This document shows, piece by piece, positions 43,201-55,882 of a DNA stretch of 64,000 bases. The DNA comes from Marsupella aquatica (Eukaryota > Plantae > Marchantiophyta): the NCBI GenBank assembly GCA_973895155.1, contig OZ316891.1:22395168-22459167 (forward strand). Reading direction: 5' to 3'. The translations under genes were made by a program, and so were the position numbers. A model generated the notes under the pieces. It was not told the DNA's origin. It worked only from the letters and a program-made list of their open reading frames with translations, and did no database searches. Position 1 is the stretch's first letter, and the number at the start of each line of letters is the position of its first letter.

Positions 43201-45164
43201 TTGGAAAGCAGAAGGGTGTGAGTGAGTGAAGTGTAAACACTGTCACGGTGGTTGGGGGTTTCCTAGTATAAGCGCTCAGTCAATGGGAGAATTATTTTCG
43301 AGTAGTTGAGTCTCCCAATCTGTCCAGTTTAGTCTGACACCCAGACTCTGTTTCATGAACAGGAAAATCGTGGACTAATGCTGGAGATCAGCTAGGCACG
43401 AATCTCACAAAGTCAAATCGTCGAGGAAAAAGATCACTCTGCAAAGCAATTCCTACTCCATCGCTCTGGGAAGCTTGTCCAGGGAGCGAGAGGATGACTC
43501 GTGGCTCGTTTTCCACAGTTACCGCTAGGCAGTGGCGCAGTGGTCACCCAAAGGATACCGTAGAGGGAGCACAGCATCTTCGAGTCTCCACTGTTGACCT
43601 CGGTAGACTTCAACCGAATCTACACCCCAAATTCTATCGAGAGAAGTTTGGTTTTGTTTGGAAATTGTACCAACACAGCACGAAGGTACTCTTTCCAACA
43701 CAGCAAGCTCTTTTTCAGGCTGTGGATTTCTCATTCTTGGTCGTGTTGTTATTATTAGTGGAGTCCTAAATGTTGTAGACCGTTTCGAATGAGGATTAGT
43801 TGAGACGGAAGATGCATTCACTAATCACTCTCGAAGATGTTTCCCGTGCTTTGGAGTCTGGAGTTGGAGTCTGGAGTCTAGATGAGTTGAATGCGGTCTT
43901 ACTTGGCTGTCTTGGCAGGTCACAGCAGCAACTCACTGTACAGGCCCGCCATTTCTGGCAGCGTGGGCAAGACTGCTGGGTACAGTAGGCCAATCAGATT
44001 TACTAGTGCACCATCTTGATGACAACATAATCCTTGTTCGGCAGTTCTGCGGTTCTCCCTTCGCGTTTGAAAAATTTACATACTTGGGCCAGGTCAGCAG
44101 ACCCACATCACCGAGTCTTCTCGCTGTCGCTGTGCAGTGTGGGCCCGCAGGGATCACTACTTTGATGATATCTACACAGTGGACTTTGGGTACAGCCTAC
44201 AATACTACATGGCAAATGCTATGAATGTACAGTAGAATGTTACTGCAATCTGAAACACTGTCGTAACACTCAGATTAATACTAGCAAGGAATTGTATGGA
44301 GTGGTACCTGTCACCACTACGCGACGTAATTGCTAGACGGGCAATTAAAGCGCAGAAAAACTCGATGAGGTCACTCATGACCAGGTAAAATGGTAAATTG
44401 TTCTAAAGCGGGAAGATTGGGTTTGGGTGCCTCATAAAAGCTAGCCGTGTGGTGGGTCTGGTATCTGTGGTAAGCAACTAAGCACGTTTTAATTAATCAT
44501 GGAACACAAAGTTTGATTATGAGCACATGATCTTTTTTCTGAGATCATCGGAGGCATTGGACAGCCGATGAGAGCGCCGATGCGCAAGGCTTCTAGCCTT
44601 GGAATCACCGGCAGTAGTGTGGCATAAGGACCCGCTTCGAGGAAAATAGGGGCATTGAGGACGCAGAAGTCCCATCTCCTCTTTTTTACTTGTGACGATG
44701 ATGCCCTTAAGATGCGAATCAATCACAGTAGGTCATGCAAATTGGCGCATTGGGGGGAGATACATTGCGCAGCTGTTGGGTTCCTATAAAGAATCACGTC
44801 CATTTTCAGACTGACGGCTCGCATCTGCTCCAGCGGAACACGACAACAGCAAACTTCAAACAAATTTCGGCCCACATGCACAAAGAAAGTCAAACCCACG
44901 GATCGATCAGTGATTTCGCAGCTTACATGGAGAGAAAATTGAAGAGTATTTTGATGAGGAGGGCCAGCTGATGTCATGCTTCTCGTCTATGAGGTTAATT
45001 GCTGGAAACAGACTTTACTCGAGACAATTGCCATCCTTACCTGCTACAAATATTAATCTGCCAAACCTTCGCTCAGTATATCCAAAGAAGCCGCGTTCTG
45101 CCCAGAGAGGCATAGCTCTTGAGTGGAGAGTGATAGATCTTGAGTTAACTGTGTGGTAGCGTAG

Positions 45165-45350
45165 AGGAACATAGTTACTTATGTGATAACTCACTTGAGT
45201 GGAAAAGGTCTTGGGTTAACTATGTGATAGCTTCGAGAGACATAGTTAGTTGTGTACGTGGTAGCTCACTTGAGTCAAAACTGATAGTTCTTGGGCTAAC
45301 TATTGTGACTTGTGATTTCACACATTTTACTTTAAAATTTTATAAAAAAC
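45165..45350 (+). mobile_element. Degenerate tandem pair of SINE family B heads
   Basis: gtgataactcacttgagt...tcttgggttaactat and gtggtagctcacttgagt...tcttgggctaactattgtg...tttcaca...A-rich end. Confidence 0.6.
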
Positions 45351-46616
45351 AGCAGCATTCCAGTCGACAACACAACTTTCCAATTCCTCGAACCTTTTTC
45401 ATTTCACATGCGGACATTGGAATGTGCTTTAGTTGGATCCCTCCGGACAAAAAAATTATCCGATGAGTAGCACAGAAATCTAACGTGTGGAATGGATACC
45501 CCTTCCAGCCTTGTGACAATCAGCATTGAGTTGTCTTGACTTTGTAGGGCTAGGTAAGCTAGGTCTGAGCGAATTGAATTTGCTAATTGATACGATTCGG
45601 GAAAAGACGATGAGAAAGAGAACGAGGCGTAAAAACTGACAAAAACTGTTCTCATCGATTTTGCCTTGGACCACAAATTGCAACTACCTGCCCCATCCTG
45701 CCAATGCGCAGTGCGTCCCTTGTTGCCAGTTCAAACAATGCCTCAGTCGACATTCCGTCCGTCTATCAGCGTCCTAATTGTGAACTTGTGACCCCACTAC
45801 TCTACACAGCCTAGATGGAAACGGTGCCGACGTACAGCGCTGTCTCCCAGCTGCTGTACGTCGACACTGTTTCCATTGCGTCTCGATTATAAATGACTAT
45901 AAGGAAACAATGAAAGGCTGGCATTTAATGCAACGGGAGCGATGAAGTATATACACTGGATAGATGGGCAGCACTACCAAAGCTTCCACTATTCTGTGAT
46001 CCACCTTGTGACTAGTAAGACATAATCATAAGCGTGATCTGGAGAAGATCAAAACCATACCAGGCAGATGAGCTTCTTCACCAGCAGGGTTCAAGTCCGG
46101 CCGCAGCCATTATTGAGTAGGTCAGCAAGATTGACCGGAGACCAAAGGTGCATGTCTGCATGACGAATTGACTTCGTACGACGTACCCTCTCGGATTTTT
46201 GCCTCGAACCAAAAAAATATTCGACAATACAAAGCCTTGGAGATTTCTCAGTAGCCTACCCTCTCTCGGTTTTGTACAGCCAATCAAATTTTTCGAACAA
46301 GCTTGTAACAGAATAATGCATGAAATCTACACCGTCTGAATGTTTGGGTAGTACTAGATAGTGGCTCATCGGAGAGGTCTCTTTCCTAATCGGAGATCGC
46401 TTAGTGCTCCAGGTGAGGTATGGAAAAACAGTTCACTGTTTGTTATAATTTTTTCATCATAGTCTCGCCATTTGTACCAGCCACTGCCGAGCTACTTGCG
46501 TTGACCCTGTGTTTCAAAACTTCTCACACGAGTGAGAGTGTAAGCCGCCATATCTAACGATCAACGAACCGTTACCGGTATACCGTAGCTCTATCTCTCG
46601 TCATCCATGCCTCAGT

Positions 46617-46796
46617 CTTTACAGGTACTGTTCCTTTGGCCTGGTGGGATGTTTGCTAGTTTCATGAAGTCAAGGGATCCCGGGTGTAAGCCAAGTGACT
46701 GGGCTACCCAGCTTTACAGGTACTTTTGCTTTGGCTGGTGGGATGTTGTGTATTCCGTGAAGATAGTGCGTGAGTCAGTGTTGTAACCCAAGTGAC
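46617..46796. repeat. ~95-bp direct duplication
   Basis: ctttacaggtact.tt.ctttggc(c)tggtgggatgtt...tgtaa.ccaagtgac occurs twice. Confidence 0.75.
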
Positions 46797-49287
46797 ACTA
46801 GGGGGTCCAAAATCCCAAAATTTGAGGGACCTTTAATTTAGTACAGAAAAAGTTAGAGACTATCAGATTCATAATACAAAATTTTCAACCATGAACATTG
46901 TCATTGTAGAGGCTAGTGAAAAAAAGTTTCACACAACCCTGTGAAAAACCAGTGGCCATTGTTGATAGAAAGCAATAATCATGAAACTTTGAGACTCCCT
47001 AGTTAGCGAGTCATAAATCTCAAAATATGATGTATCTTAACTTAGTAGTTAAGCTTGAGGACAGAAATAGTTATCATACTACTATCAAATTCATGATCAT
47101 AATTAATCATATATCACGACTATAAGTCACTGTACAGACCAGTGAAAAAACAGCTTTTACACAACTCAGTTAAAATTTATGGCCAATAGCCATGATCAGT
47201 AACTATAAACTTTGAGACGGCCTTAATATGGCCAAAAGCCATCATCACTAACTACGAAGATGTGAGGCGCCCTTTCAATGTAGCAGAATCTGTCTACCTT
47301 GGTACTTGGTAAATTGGTCTGGGTATGGATGTCGGTCATCCACCGACTCCACTCGGGACCCGTACTACGTGCTGCACTCTTGCATGGAATCCGCCAATAA
47401 GTTCTCGGCAACCAAGCGACCTATCAAGTGGAATCTACCAAGAATAATAAGTAAGTGACCAGAGGCCGTAATGTAATGAGCTACATGATCTTAACGTGGG
47501 CTCATTTAAGAGCAGTTAGAGGTTGAAAGTGTCCCGGGCCCGGACCGAACCGAAACATTCTTGGGAGCAGCCAAAAACACAAATTGAGTGCTCTTGAGCG
47601 ACATGCGATCCGTATGACAGAAAGCAGCCATGTCAGGAACACTTTCAAATCTCAGGTGAGTCAGTCAACTGCCAATTTCGACCGGTACTCTTTACTAGTT
47701 TTGAAGTGTGTCTACGTACAGTGGAGATAAACTAGAATTTGAATTTTGTGGAGTGACGTCTGTAGGTGTGCAAATGGAAATATGTGCACTGACAGGTTTG
47801 AAAAGGTTAAAATGTTTCTACAGCGTCCCTCTAGAGTAGGGGCTCTTGGTGCTCGGCTTGCTAGTTGCTACAACATCCCTTGATCACCGGAAACCGGAAT
47901 CATCTCGAGGCGGTGATGACAATGTACCGGGTTAGAGCAACTGACTGAGCACGCTTTTGAGTGAGATTCAAATGGAAGATTCCATTGCAAACGTACCGTC
48001 ATTTCGAAACACAAACCAAACCAAGTACTTTTGGCTTCAAGCGCTTTACACGTGAGCATATTAGACGGCAAATCATCACAAAAGCGGTGACGAAACCAAA
48101 GCCCCGACGCCAAGACTTAATAAGAAGCAGTGTCAGCTGAAGAGAACGAGACCCACCAACTGGAAGCGTTCCTAGCAACTACCACACGACGACAGCACAG
48201 GTGCGACAAGTGGTTTTCTTCATTCCGGGGATCTCCGAAAATCAGGGTATACCATTATCACAAATTATTTAACCGATTGAAAACTCGGGAATAGAGAAAA
48301 CTAAGGAACGCTCGTCGACCTGAGCATGTAGCACTCCCTGGAACTCGAAATGCAAGTTGAACAGCAAGCCTCACACGAGGCACCTGTCCAACATGTTCAC
48401 GCTGGGACAACGTCTACCATTTGGGCGTTAGATTTGGACATGCCATTGGTCTCCTTAAAATCTGAGAGCGAATCCCAAAGGCTGGAACGAATTCTTTGAA
48501 AGTTGATAAGTGGGAATCATGCGGGCATTAGAGCAACGAAAATGCAGGATTTAAAGCAAACCTTGCGCCAAGAAAAAGCTGACAATGGTATACCCTGAGA
48601 ACACCGACAATCAACATTCCAAAACGAAGAGAACGGGAGTGTGTTCTCCAGCATAGACACGGACATTGTCTCGGCGTCAAATATTCAAGAGGATCGCAAC
48701 ACTGCAATGGGGAACTTGCGCTGAAGCACGAAACTGCCACAGAAGGTTAAATCGTGAAACCCGAAGTTGAATTTTATTGCTCCACCAAACCAAATGTCTA
48801 CGCTACAAATGCCTCGTTCCGGTTGATCTAATTTCCCAGCCTTGTACAAAGGAAGCTCGAGAATGAATATGTATAGAATTCGTGGCTGGGCCTTGAAAAA
48901 CGCACGGACGGATGCTTGATTCAGATTGGAGCAACTGTACAGACTGTTTAGAACAATGATGCTGACAGGGAAAGACATGTCTGAGCCACCAACTATGCCT
49001 CGCATTTCCCATGAGCACTGATTGGGACTAACTACAGGAGATCCCCACGAACACCCCAATGCGACGCTCATGTGAAATGCGAGGAACTCTTCTAAAGGCG
49101 ACAGCTGCCGGGGATCACCAGTCTCTCGCGATTGTGATGAAACCTCCTCAGATGGCTCACTGTCGCATTTAAAAGACAGTTTCTGTTCTACTGAGTGATG
49201 ACTCTAAAGATATGTACACATTCAAACCGTATTAGAAACCAAGGAGAAATCTTCGATTCCATTCGACTGAATCCGGATCATGCAAAC

Positions 49288-50889
49288 TCAAGCTACCACA
49301 CAAAGAGGGGACAGGTCCCATGATTGCCAAAGCGCATCTTCCCGGGGGCTTTCAATGCTTTCCCCACTCCCATTGCCTGCGGACGTTGAAGATGAATTGC
49401 TAACTGGAGTCCCCCAGTTCCCACCGTCTTTTTCACTCGATGAACTTTTCCACATAGCAGGAGACGCCGTGAGGAAAGGTCCAGACGATGACCTTCTGAA
49501 TCCCGCTGCAAGAGTGAGCGAGGGCGAAGACATACCAAAGGAAGCTGTTCCCATGGAGGTGTGCGACAGTGACAAGCACTCTTGTACTCCATTCATGGCA
49601 TACAAACTCGCAGAGATCTGCCTCTCGTATGACAACCGCCTCATTTGCTCAGAGAAAAATGCGGAATCGTCATCAGAAGACAAAGGACTTGAGATGAAGT
49701 CCCCACCCAGATCTAATCCTGAGCCCATATCCGCAGAGAAGTCAAATGGAGGAGATGAGTAAACCGAATCCTCACAGCTAAGGTCCACATCATCCAAGCA
49801 AGACAACCCACTGCTCATGTCGGTATCGTCCATAAAATTTTCTTGTGGAGGCTCAACACAGTAATCGTTATCTTTCCTATTTTCTCTGATTGCACTCGAG
49901 TCTCGCGCCTTGCAGTAGTCCCTAGGGGTTTCCTGTTTCACGATGATATCTCTCCTGCAGGAGGTATCATCCGATGCCACAAACACGCTGTGATCATCCG
50001 TATGATTTGTCTGGCAGCTCGACGGACTGCTTGTCGCATTGTACTCTGACGCTGGGGACTGTTCAAGGCCGCCCATCGAGCTGTCGAAGCTGTCGCTCTC
50101 GGATTTTGAAACTTCTTCTTCGCAGGAATTCTCTTCCGATTTGACTTCTGCTAACTCATCGGTAGTGTGAGGCAGAGCATCTTCTTGGACATTTTCAGTC
50201 TTTGGTGCCATGACGGAGTCGGGAAGAGCCTGACTCGAGGTTGAGTCCGCATTCTCCTCAGATCCACTCGAGGAGTGGCCACTCCTTTGACTGGTGCTTC
50301 GAGGCTCTTGCTTGCTGATAGAATTATTTACTGGGAGAGAATTTTTACCAGATTTTGTCGCGGCATTGCGCCGGAGCTGAAGGAGTCTGGCAGCTTTGGA
50401 GGGCAGCGCGGATGCATCTGAGTTGGTACTGGGCACGAAATTAGTTCTCGTGTTGGCCCCCCGCAGAAGCCAGGCAGCCTCATCGTAGGCACGGGCAGCG
50501 TCCTCTGCAGTGTCAAATGTCCCCAACCAAAGCCTGATCTTCTGCGTGGTGTCTTTAATCTCTGCTACCCACCTTCCTGAGGGCCTCTGCCTCACACCTA
50601 CAAACCTCTTCTTACTATTCTTTCCACCACCACCACCACCACCACCTGCACCTCCCGACCTCCTCAACCCCACAGACGGGACTGGGGACGATGATGCTGC
50701 CATTGCACCCTCAGACCTGCCACTGCTTGTCGCAGCCATGCACGATAAGCTTCCCCTGGAGCTCGTCTCCGCGGAATTCTGCTCCGAATTATTGTTACTG
50801 CTAGTCTTGCTCCCGGTGCGTCCTCCACTTGACGATGTCCTCCGGGCGCTGCATGAGGCCGTAGACCCCGCATTGCTAAACGCTGCCAT
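49288..50889 (-). CDS. AP2/ERF transcription factor, ERN/RAP2.11-like, intronless (533 aa from first ATG)
   Basis: Single AP2 domain [59 protein letters not shown], plus C-terminal motifs [26 protein letters not shown] and [11 protein letters not shown]. The ORF-track start at 50919 is a GTG; the first ATG is at 50889. Confidence 0.95.
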   Translation of the reverse strand: MAAFSNAGSTASCSARRTSSSGGRTGSKTSSNNNSEQNSAETSSRGSLSCMAATSSGRSEGAMAASSSPVPSVGLRRSGGAGGGGGGGGKNSKKRFVGVRQRPSGRWVAEIKDTTQKIRLWLGTFDTAEDAARAYDEAAWLLRGANTRTNFVPSTNSDASALPSKAARLLQLRRNAATKSGKNSLPVNNSISKQEPRSTSQRSGHSSSGSEENADSTSSQALPDSVMAPKTENVQEDALPHTTDELAEVKSEENSCEEEVSKSESDSFDSSMGGLEQSPASEYNATSSPSSCQTNHTDDHSVFVASDDTSCRRDIIVKQETPRDYCKARDSSAIRENRKDNDYCVEPPQENFMDDTDMSSGLSCLDDVDLSCEDSVYSSPPFDFSADMGSGLDLGGDFISSPLSSDDDSAFFSEQMRRLSYERQISASLYAMNGVQECLSLSHTSMGTASFGMSSPSLTLAAGFRRSSSGPFLTASPAMWKSSSSEKDGGNWGTPVSNSSSTSAGNGSGESIESPREDALWQSWDLSPLCVVA

Positions 50890-53657
50890 GATCCTCCAAT
50901 CAGCCCGTCGTCTCCCCACGCTACCTAAAGATACAATCCACTAGACGAAAGCTCCTCGCCACGTCAAATGCCACTCGCTCCAGACGCAGAGTAGAACAAT
51001 TGGTCTCAAATCCAGAAATCTATATTCCGAGGCTTTGTTCAAACCAAAAGATCTCTTCTCCTCTCTCGACACAACCCACCAACACCCGTGCAGGAAACGT
51101 CCCGTCTCGTCGCAACGGTACCACCCCGGCTCCAATTTCTTCTTCTTCCTCCACACCAACCCACCCAGCGAGAGGAGGGTTCAGTCTAATGATCTAATCC
51201 CAATCAAGGTACCGTTCCGGATGCGCAGTCAGTGAGTCAGTCCGTCACACAACTGAAACAGAGAAAGCGCGTGCAAGCGACCTCGTCCGGACGACGAAAG
51301 AAGCGCGAAGAAAAATTCTTCTCCCCGTGATTGATGGCCGGGACGACGTCGATATGATGCCGATCTCTCTAGCTGGACACGTTCCTCGACCCGGACAGCC
51401 CGCGCGACCTGAGAGACCCCGCCCCAGTCACTCACTCAGTCCGCAGTGACAAACACCAACGAGTGCGCTGCGGTCGTCGAAGCTCCCCTTCACTGTACAG
51501 TTTCTTTCCAATTTCTTTCACCCTCGACTCTGTAAAGCATTCGTTCCTTCAAAGCAATCGCCCCACCAACCACCAGCCTACCTAGCTAGCTACCTATCTA
51601 GCCAGCAAGCAAGCAAGCAAAGCAATTTCTCCCTACCCAGCAAGAAAGTTCGGAAGAACGAGGGGGACGAGTGAGAGAGAGGAAGCGGAGTGCAGAGCAG
51701 AGCAGAGGAGAGGAGAGGAGTCGTTGGTTCGTAGTGAAGTACGAGAGAGAGAGAGAGAGAGAGTGACCATGTTTTCGCAGTAGCGAGGCCTTTAGAAAGA
51801 GTTGAGAGGCCGAGGGGGCCATTTTGTCGTTGGTTCCCGCTCCGGTCATAGAAAAGAAAAACGCACTCGGCACTCCGGGCTGCTCCCGGCCGGTGGCCCA
51901 CCACGGCGGGAAGACGCTGTTGACGACGATGTCTTCCCCGGAATGAGCGGAGTCCCGGGAAGATGGAGTGCAGGGTCGTCGGGATATGGTCATTCGTTCA
52001 AATCCACTTTTCCCTAGTCCCTACAGTAGTCCTCTGCCCGCTGACTCCATCCCTTTAGAGCACCCCCACGTTTTTTTCAGTGGCGAAAATTCGCTTTAAA
52101 ACTTTTTAAAACTTTTTTCTGGGGAGAAAATTGCAACCTTTATAATCAGCTGGAAAAAAAACAAGGTGCCTGCCTGAGAGGAGGAAACCGGGAAAAGATC
52201 AAATGGACCAAAAGGAGGGGGGCTAGGAGAGGGAGCACCCCCAGAGAGAAGAGCAAGGGCCAAACCAATCAGTCCGCCTAGTGGGAGTAGGCAGAGCAGA
52301 TAGGAGAGGATGACCCCAGAATTCTGAGAAAGTCGCAAAAGGAAGGAGCTACAAGGGATGCAACCATAGCCAATAATCCTACTAGAAATAGCCAAAGCTA
52401 CATGCTATCCCCATTCTCCAAAGGCTGCCATCCTTTAGAACACCCCCATGTTATTTTCAGTGGCAAAAGTTTGCCTAATTCCACCTCCCTCAAAAGTGTT
52501 AGCCACAGATCTCATTAGCCAGAATGTGAAGGTGTTATCCTTAAACCGCCAGTCTCCCCAAAGCAAAACCTGGTGGATTTCCCCTAGCTCCTCAAATAGG
52601 TGAGCTGGATAGTGTTCATTAGATTTTGGACAATCCAGAATGAATCCACTATTTAGTCAAAAAGCCTCATATAGTCTCTCAAAAGTAATTCTCCTCACAA
52701 AAAACCCAAAACTAAATAGAGTCCCAGTAACCCATGGGTGATTATGTTTTGCCTATTTTAAGCAACTGCTTCTTGTCAAAATTCTTTACTCAAATGTTGT
52801 TCTAAATTCAAACCATAACATTTCTTATTTCTTATCTTTACATTTTCTATTTTTGCAGAAAGTCGCTTCAGTGTATCACATTTTTGATGTTCCGTCCTAT
52901 TTGACTCAGGACTTCATCGACGGCAATATTCATGGTCTGAGTGGGAAAGATGATCTGAAACGTTCACTCATATCTCATTTAAGGCGGGTTGTGGATAGAT
53001 GCACGAAATCCCACACGATTGATGGTTCGCTTACCGCTCCCTGTATTGATGTAACTCCTACTATTATTGATCTCATATGTTTACGTTGCATTTCTCTTGT
53101 CATCACACCATTAGACTCTGTCATGGGCTTTCTACTTTTCTGTGCGCTAATCACATCTATCTGGCCTTGTTGAAACTTCTCGACACGGTTAAAAAGAACA
53201 ATGAATTTGCTTCGTTTTGAGTTTTGACTGACAAAATGAATCATCCTCCTCCACGAGCTGACCAGATTGTGTGTCGCATCCATCACCCAACCACCCCCAG
53301 CTTCCTCCACATTATCTCTCATCAGCTGCCCCCAGGAGTCTACTGTACTGGAACTTGGGTCTAGTCTACCCAGTACCCACCCCTACTGAACCTGTGGTGC
53401 CTCCCCGCAGTTGAGCAGTCAGCTGTGAAATCAGTACACATGCAAAAGAAACGGAGAAAGAGCCAGAAGTAGACCAAAACCGCTTCCATGACCAAAAGCT
53501 CACACAAAGATTGAATGAACGTCGCCACCACTGTCTTTTCTACTGCTCTTTTCCCTCACTGATTTTCTATATCTTTTGTGCAGAAATATAATAACACGGC
53601 TACCCTATCTTGGGATACCAACAATATGTAGTGAGGTCAGTCAATTACATGAATGAG

Positions 53658-53753
53658 GCCCCTGACTTTGGTCACAAGAAGATTGAACCTGCCCCTGACT
53701 TTGGTCACAAGAAGATTGAACCTGCCCCTGACTTTGGTCACAAGAAGATTGAA
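53658..53753. repeat. 33-bp tandem repeat x3
   Basis: gcccctgactttggtcacaagaagattgaa(cct) is repeated three times. Confidence 0.95.
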
Positions 53754-55882
53754 GGAATCTTCCTCTTTTCTCTTCTTGGCCATAGCGTTAAATCTTTTGC
53801 CCTCAATCATGGTTGGCTGTCCTGTCCCCTCTGTATTTTTTGTGTACTAGCCTGACTACCCGTTCTTTGAAAATGAATAGAGGCGAGCTATCGCGCGCAG
53901 CACCAAGCAGCTCAAATGTGGAGGAGGAGTGCAGCACACAACAGCTCGTATGTGGGAGAGAGGAGCACAACACACCATTTTCAAAACCCTTACCCTAAAC
54001 CCAACTTCCATTTTTTAACACACTGTTTTCACCTGCATCCCCAAAATCCCCAATTCACGCCCAACTTAAGTGACACCCTCAGAGTTACACTCTTGAGGCT
54101 TCATTCTAGACTGTAACCCTGGAAAGTAGCTTTGCGCTGTAATGTTATGGATGGCCCTACCTTTGGATACACAGTGGTCACTATGCTCAGACTTCACTTG
54201 GTTCAGTCCATAAGATGCATGAATTGTAATCTAGAGAGAAGGTGCAAGAAAATCCTTTTATGTTTCCATGGCAATAAAGAAGCAAAAAAGGCAAGACTAA
54301 TAAAGGAATACCATGGCAAAGGCTAATAGAGGAGGAGAAAATGGAATGGCCCTTCATCATAGCAAGTGGCAGACGAAGAGGGAATTACAAAACTACAAGG
54401 GTGAAGTTCACCTTTCCTACAGCACATGAAAGTGAAATGCCAATCCAAGTGGACAAAGGAAGATGATTAGAGCAAACTATCTTGAAGCATTATTTCCATG
54501 CCAGGCCACCCCACAACCTGGATCCCATAATAAAAGCTGCAATTGGGATGGCTCGCCAAGCGGTCCCAGACTACTCATTGTCGCGGGCTAACATCTAAGA
54601 CATTCAAAGGCAGCAATCATGTCCAATTATCTTAGGGTGGGGGCTTGGGTGCCAGTGCACATGCAATGGGGCTTGTACAACATCTCCACCGGAGCTCCTT
54701 GTCACCCACCAAATTGCCAAATGAACTAGAAGTGCCAAATGAACCAGATGGAGAGAATTTTGGCAGTTGCCCTTCCCAACTGCTGATGGCCTGTTTTAGC
54801 AAGAAAAGCGGTTGCCGATCTAGCTGGCCATTCAGTTGACCTCCATTCTCATTTAGGGCAAAAATTTAGGGCAAAAAAGAGATCCTGATCCATTCATATA
54901 TGACATTCAAAGATACTGACGCGCAATTTAAGGAATGGAGGTCAGTGTGGAAGCTTCTAAGTGTTATTTGCATAATCTCAATAGCAACATCACCATCTTA
55001 ATTTTACTAATAAATTGCAAACAGACCCTAGAGGTGAGGTCTAGGTTTCTAGAGTGAAACCTCTAGACCATTTTCCCCAAGGGTTGACCAAATTTATGTC
55101 TATGAACGGAAGGACAGGATGTTATGTATGTCAAAAAAAATGAGCATGCATGGTGATTTTTGTCATCCTGTCTATTCACATTCATTTAGGCTCAAAGAAT
55201 GGGCATTCACACTAGTCCTGAAGAATACACTTGTATTTCTATTGTTTGGTTTTAGGGTAGCGAGAGTAGGGGTCATGCTTGGGAGGGAAAGAGGACATGC
55301 TCTTTGGGGGCATCTAGTACCCACCTCGTGGCGTGAGGGTGGGGGTGAGGGCGGATCCGTGTCTACCCATGAAACCAATTTGCACGATGTGGAGACTTTC
55401 ATTGAGATTGAGCAACTTTTGGAGACGCTTTCATCATCGATGGAATTGCCTCGTAACGAAAGGTTTCTTGGCGTCAGTAGCAGTGCTCCCAGAGTCGCGA
55501 CGACGAAGCTCAGAAAAGACGACATGCTCCCTTCACGATCACCGAATTGTTCGTGACAATTGTGCAGTACTTCGAAAAGTTGCTTTTGGACTCATTTTGC
55601 TCTCATCGTCCGCCTTCATCACCATTTTTATCCTTGACACGTCGTGGACGACTGGTGCAGAATTGAATCATGGATCTACAGTGATTCAGATTGTCGCCGC
55701 CTGATTTGCACCCTGACGGACTGAAGTGACACTGAAAGGCTTGTCGTGTCCGTCAGGGTGCAAGGTTTTTTTAATTGAACGGAATGCACATCGATCTTGG
55801 TAAGAAAGCAACAGGGGTACAGGGCTTTTAGGTTTTTCTGGTGGACAGTGGTGCTGCAAAGACGACCCTTGGGAGCGGAAAG

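Noticed and set aside
49280-50944. Long + strand ORFs (49280-49762, 50510-50944)
   Set aside because: Antisense shadows of the ERF coding sequence.
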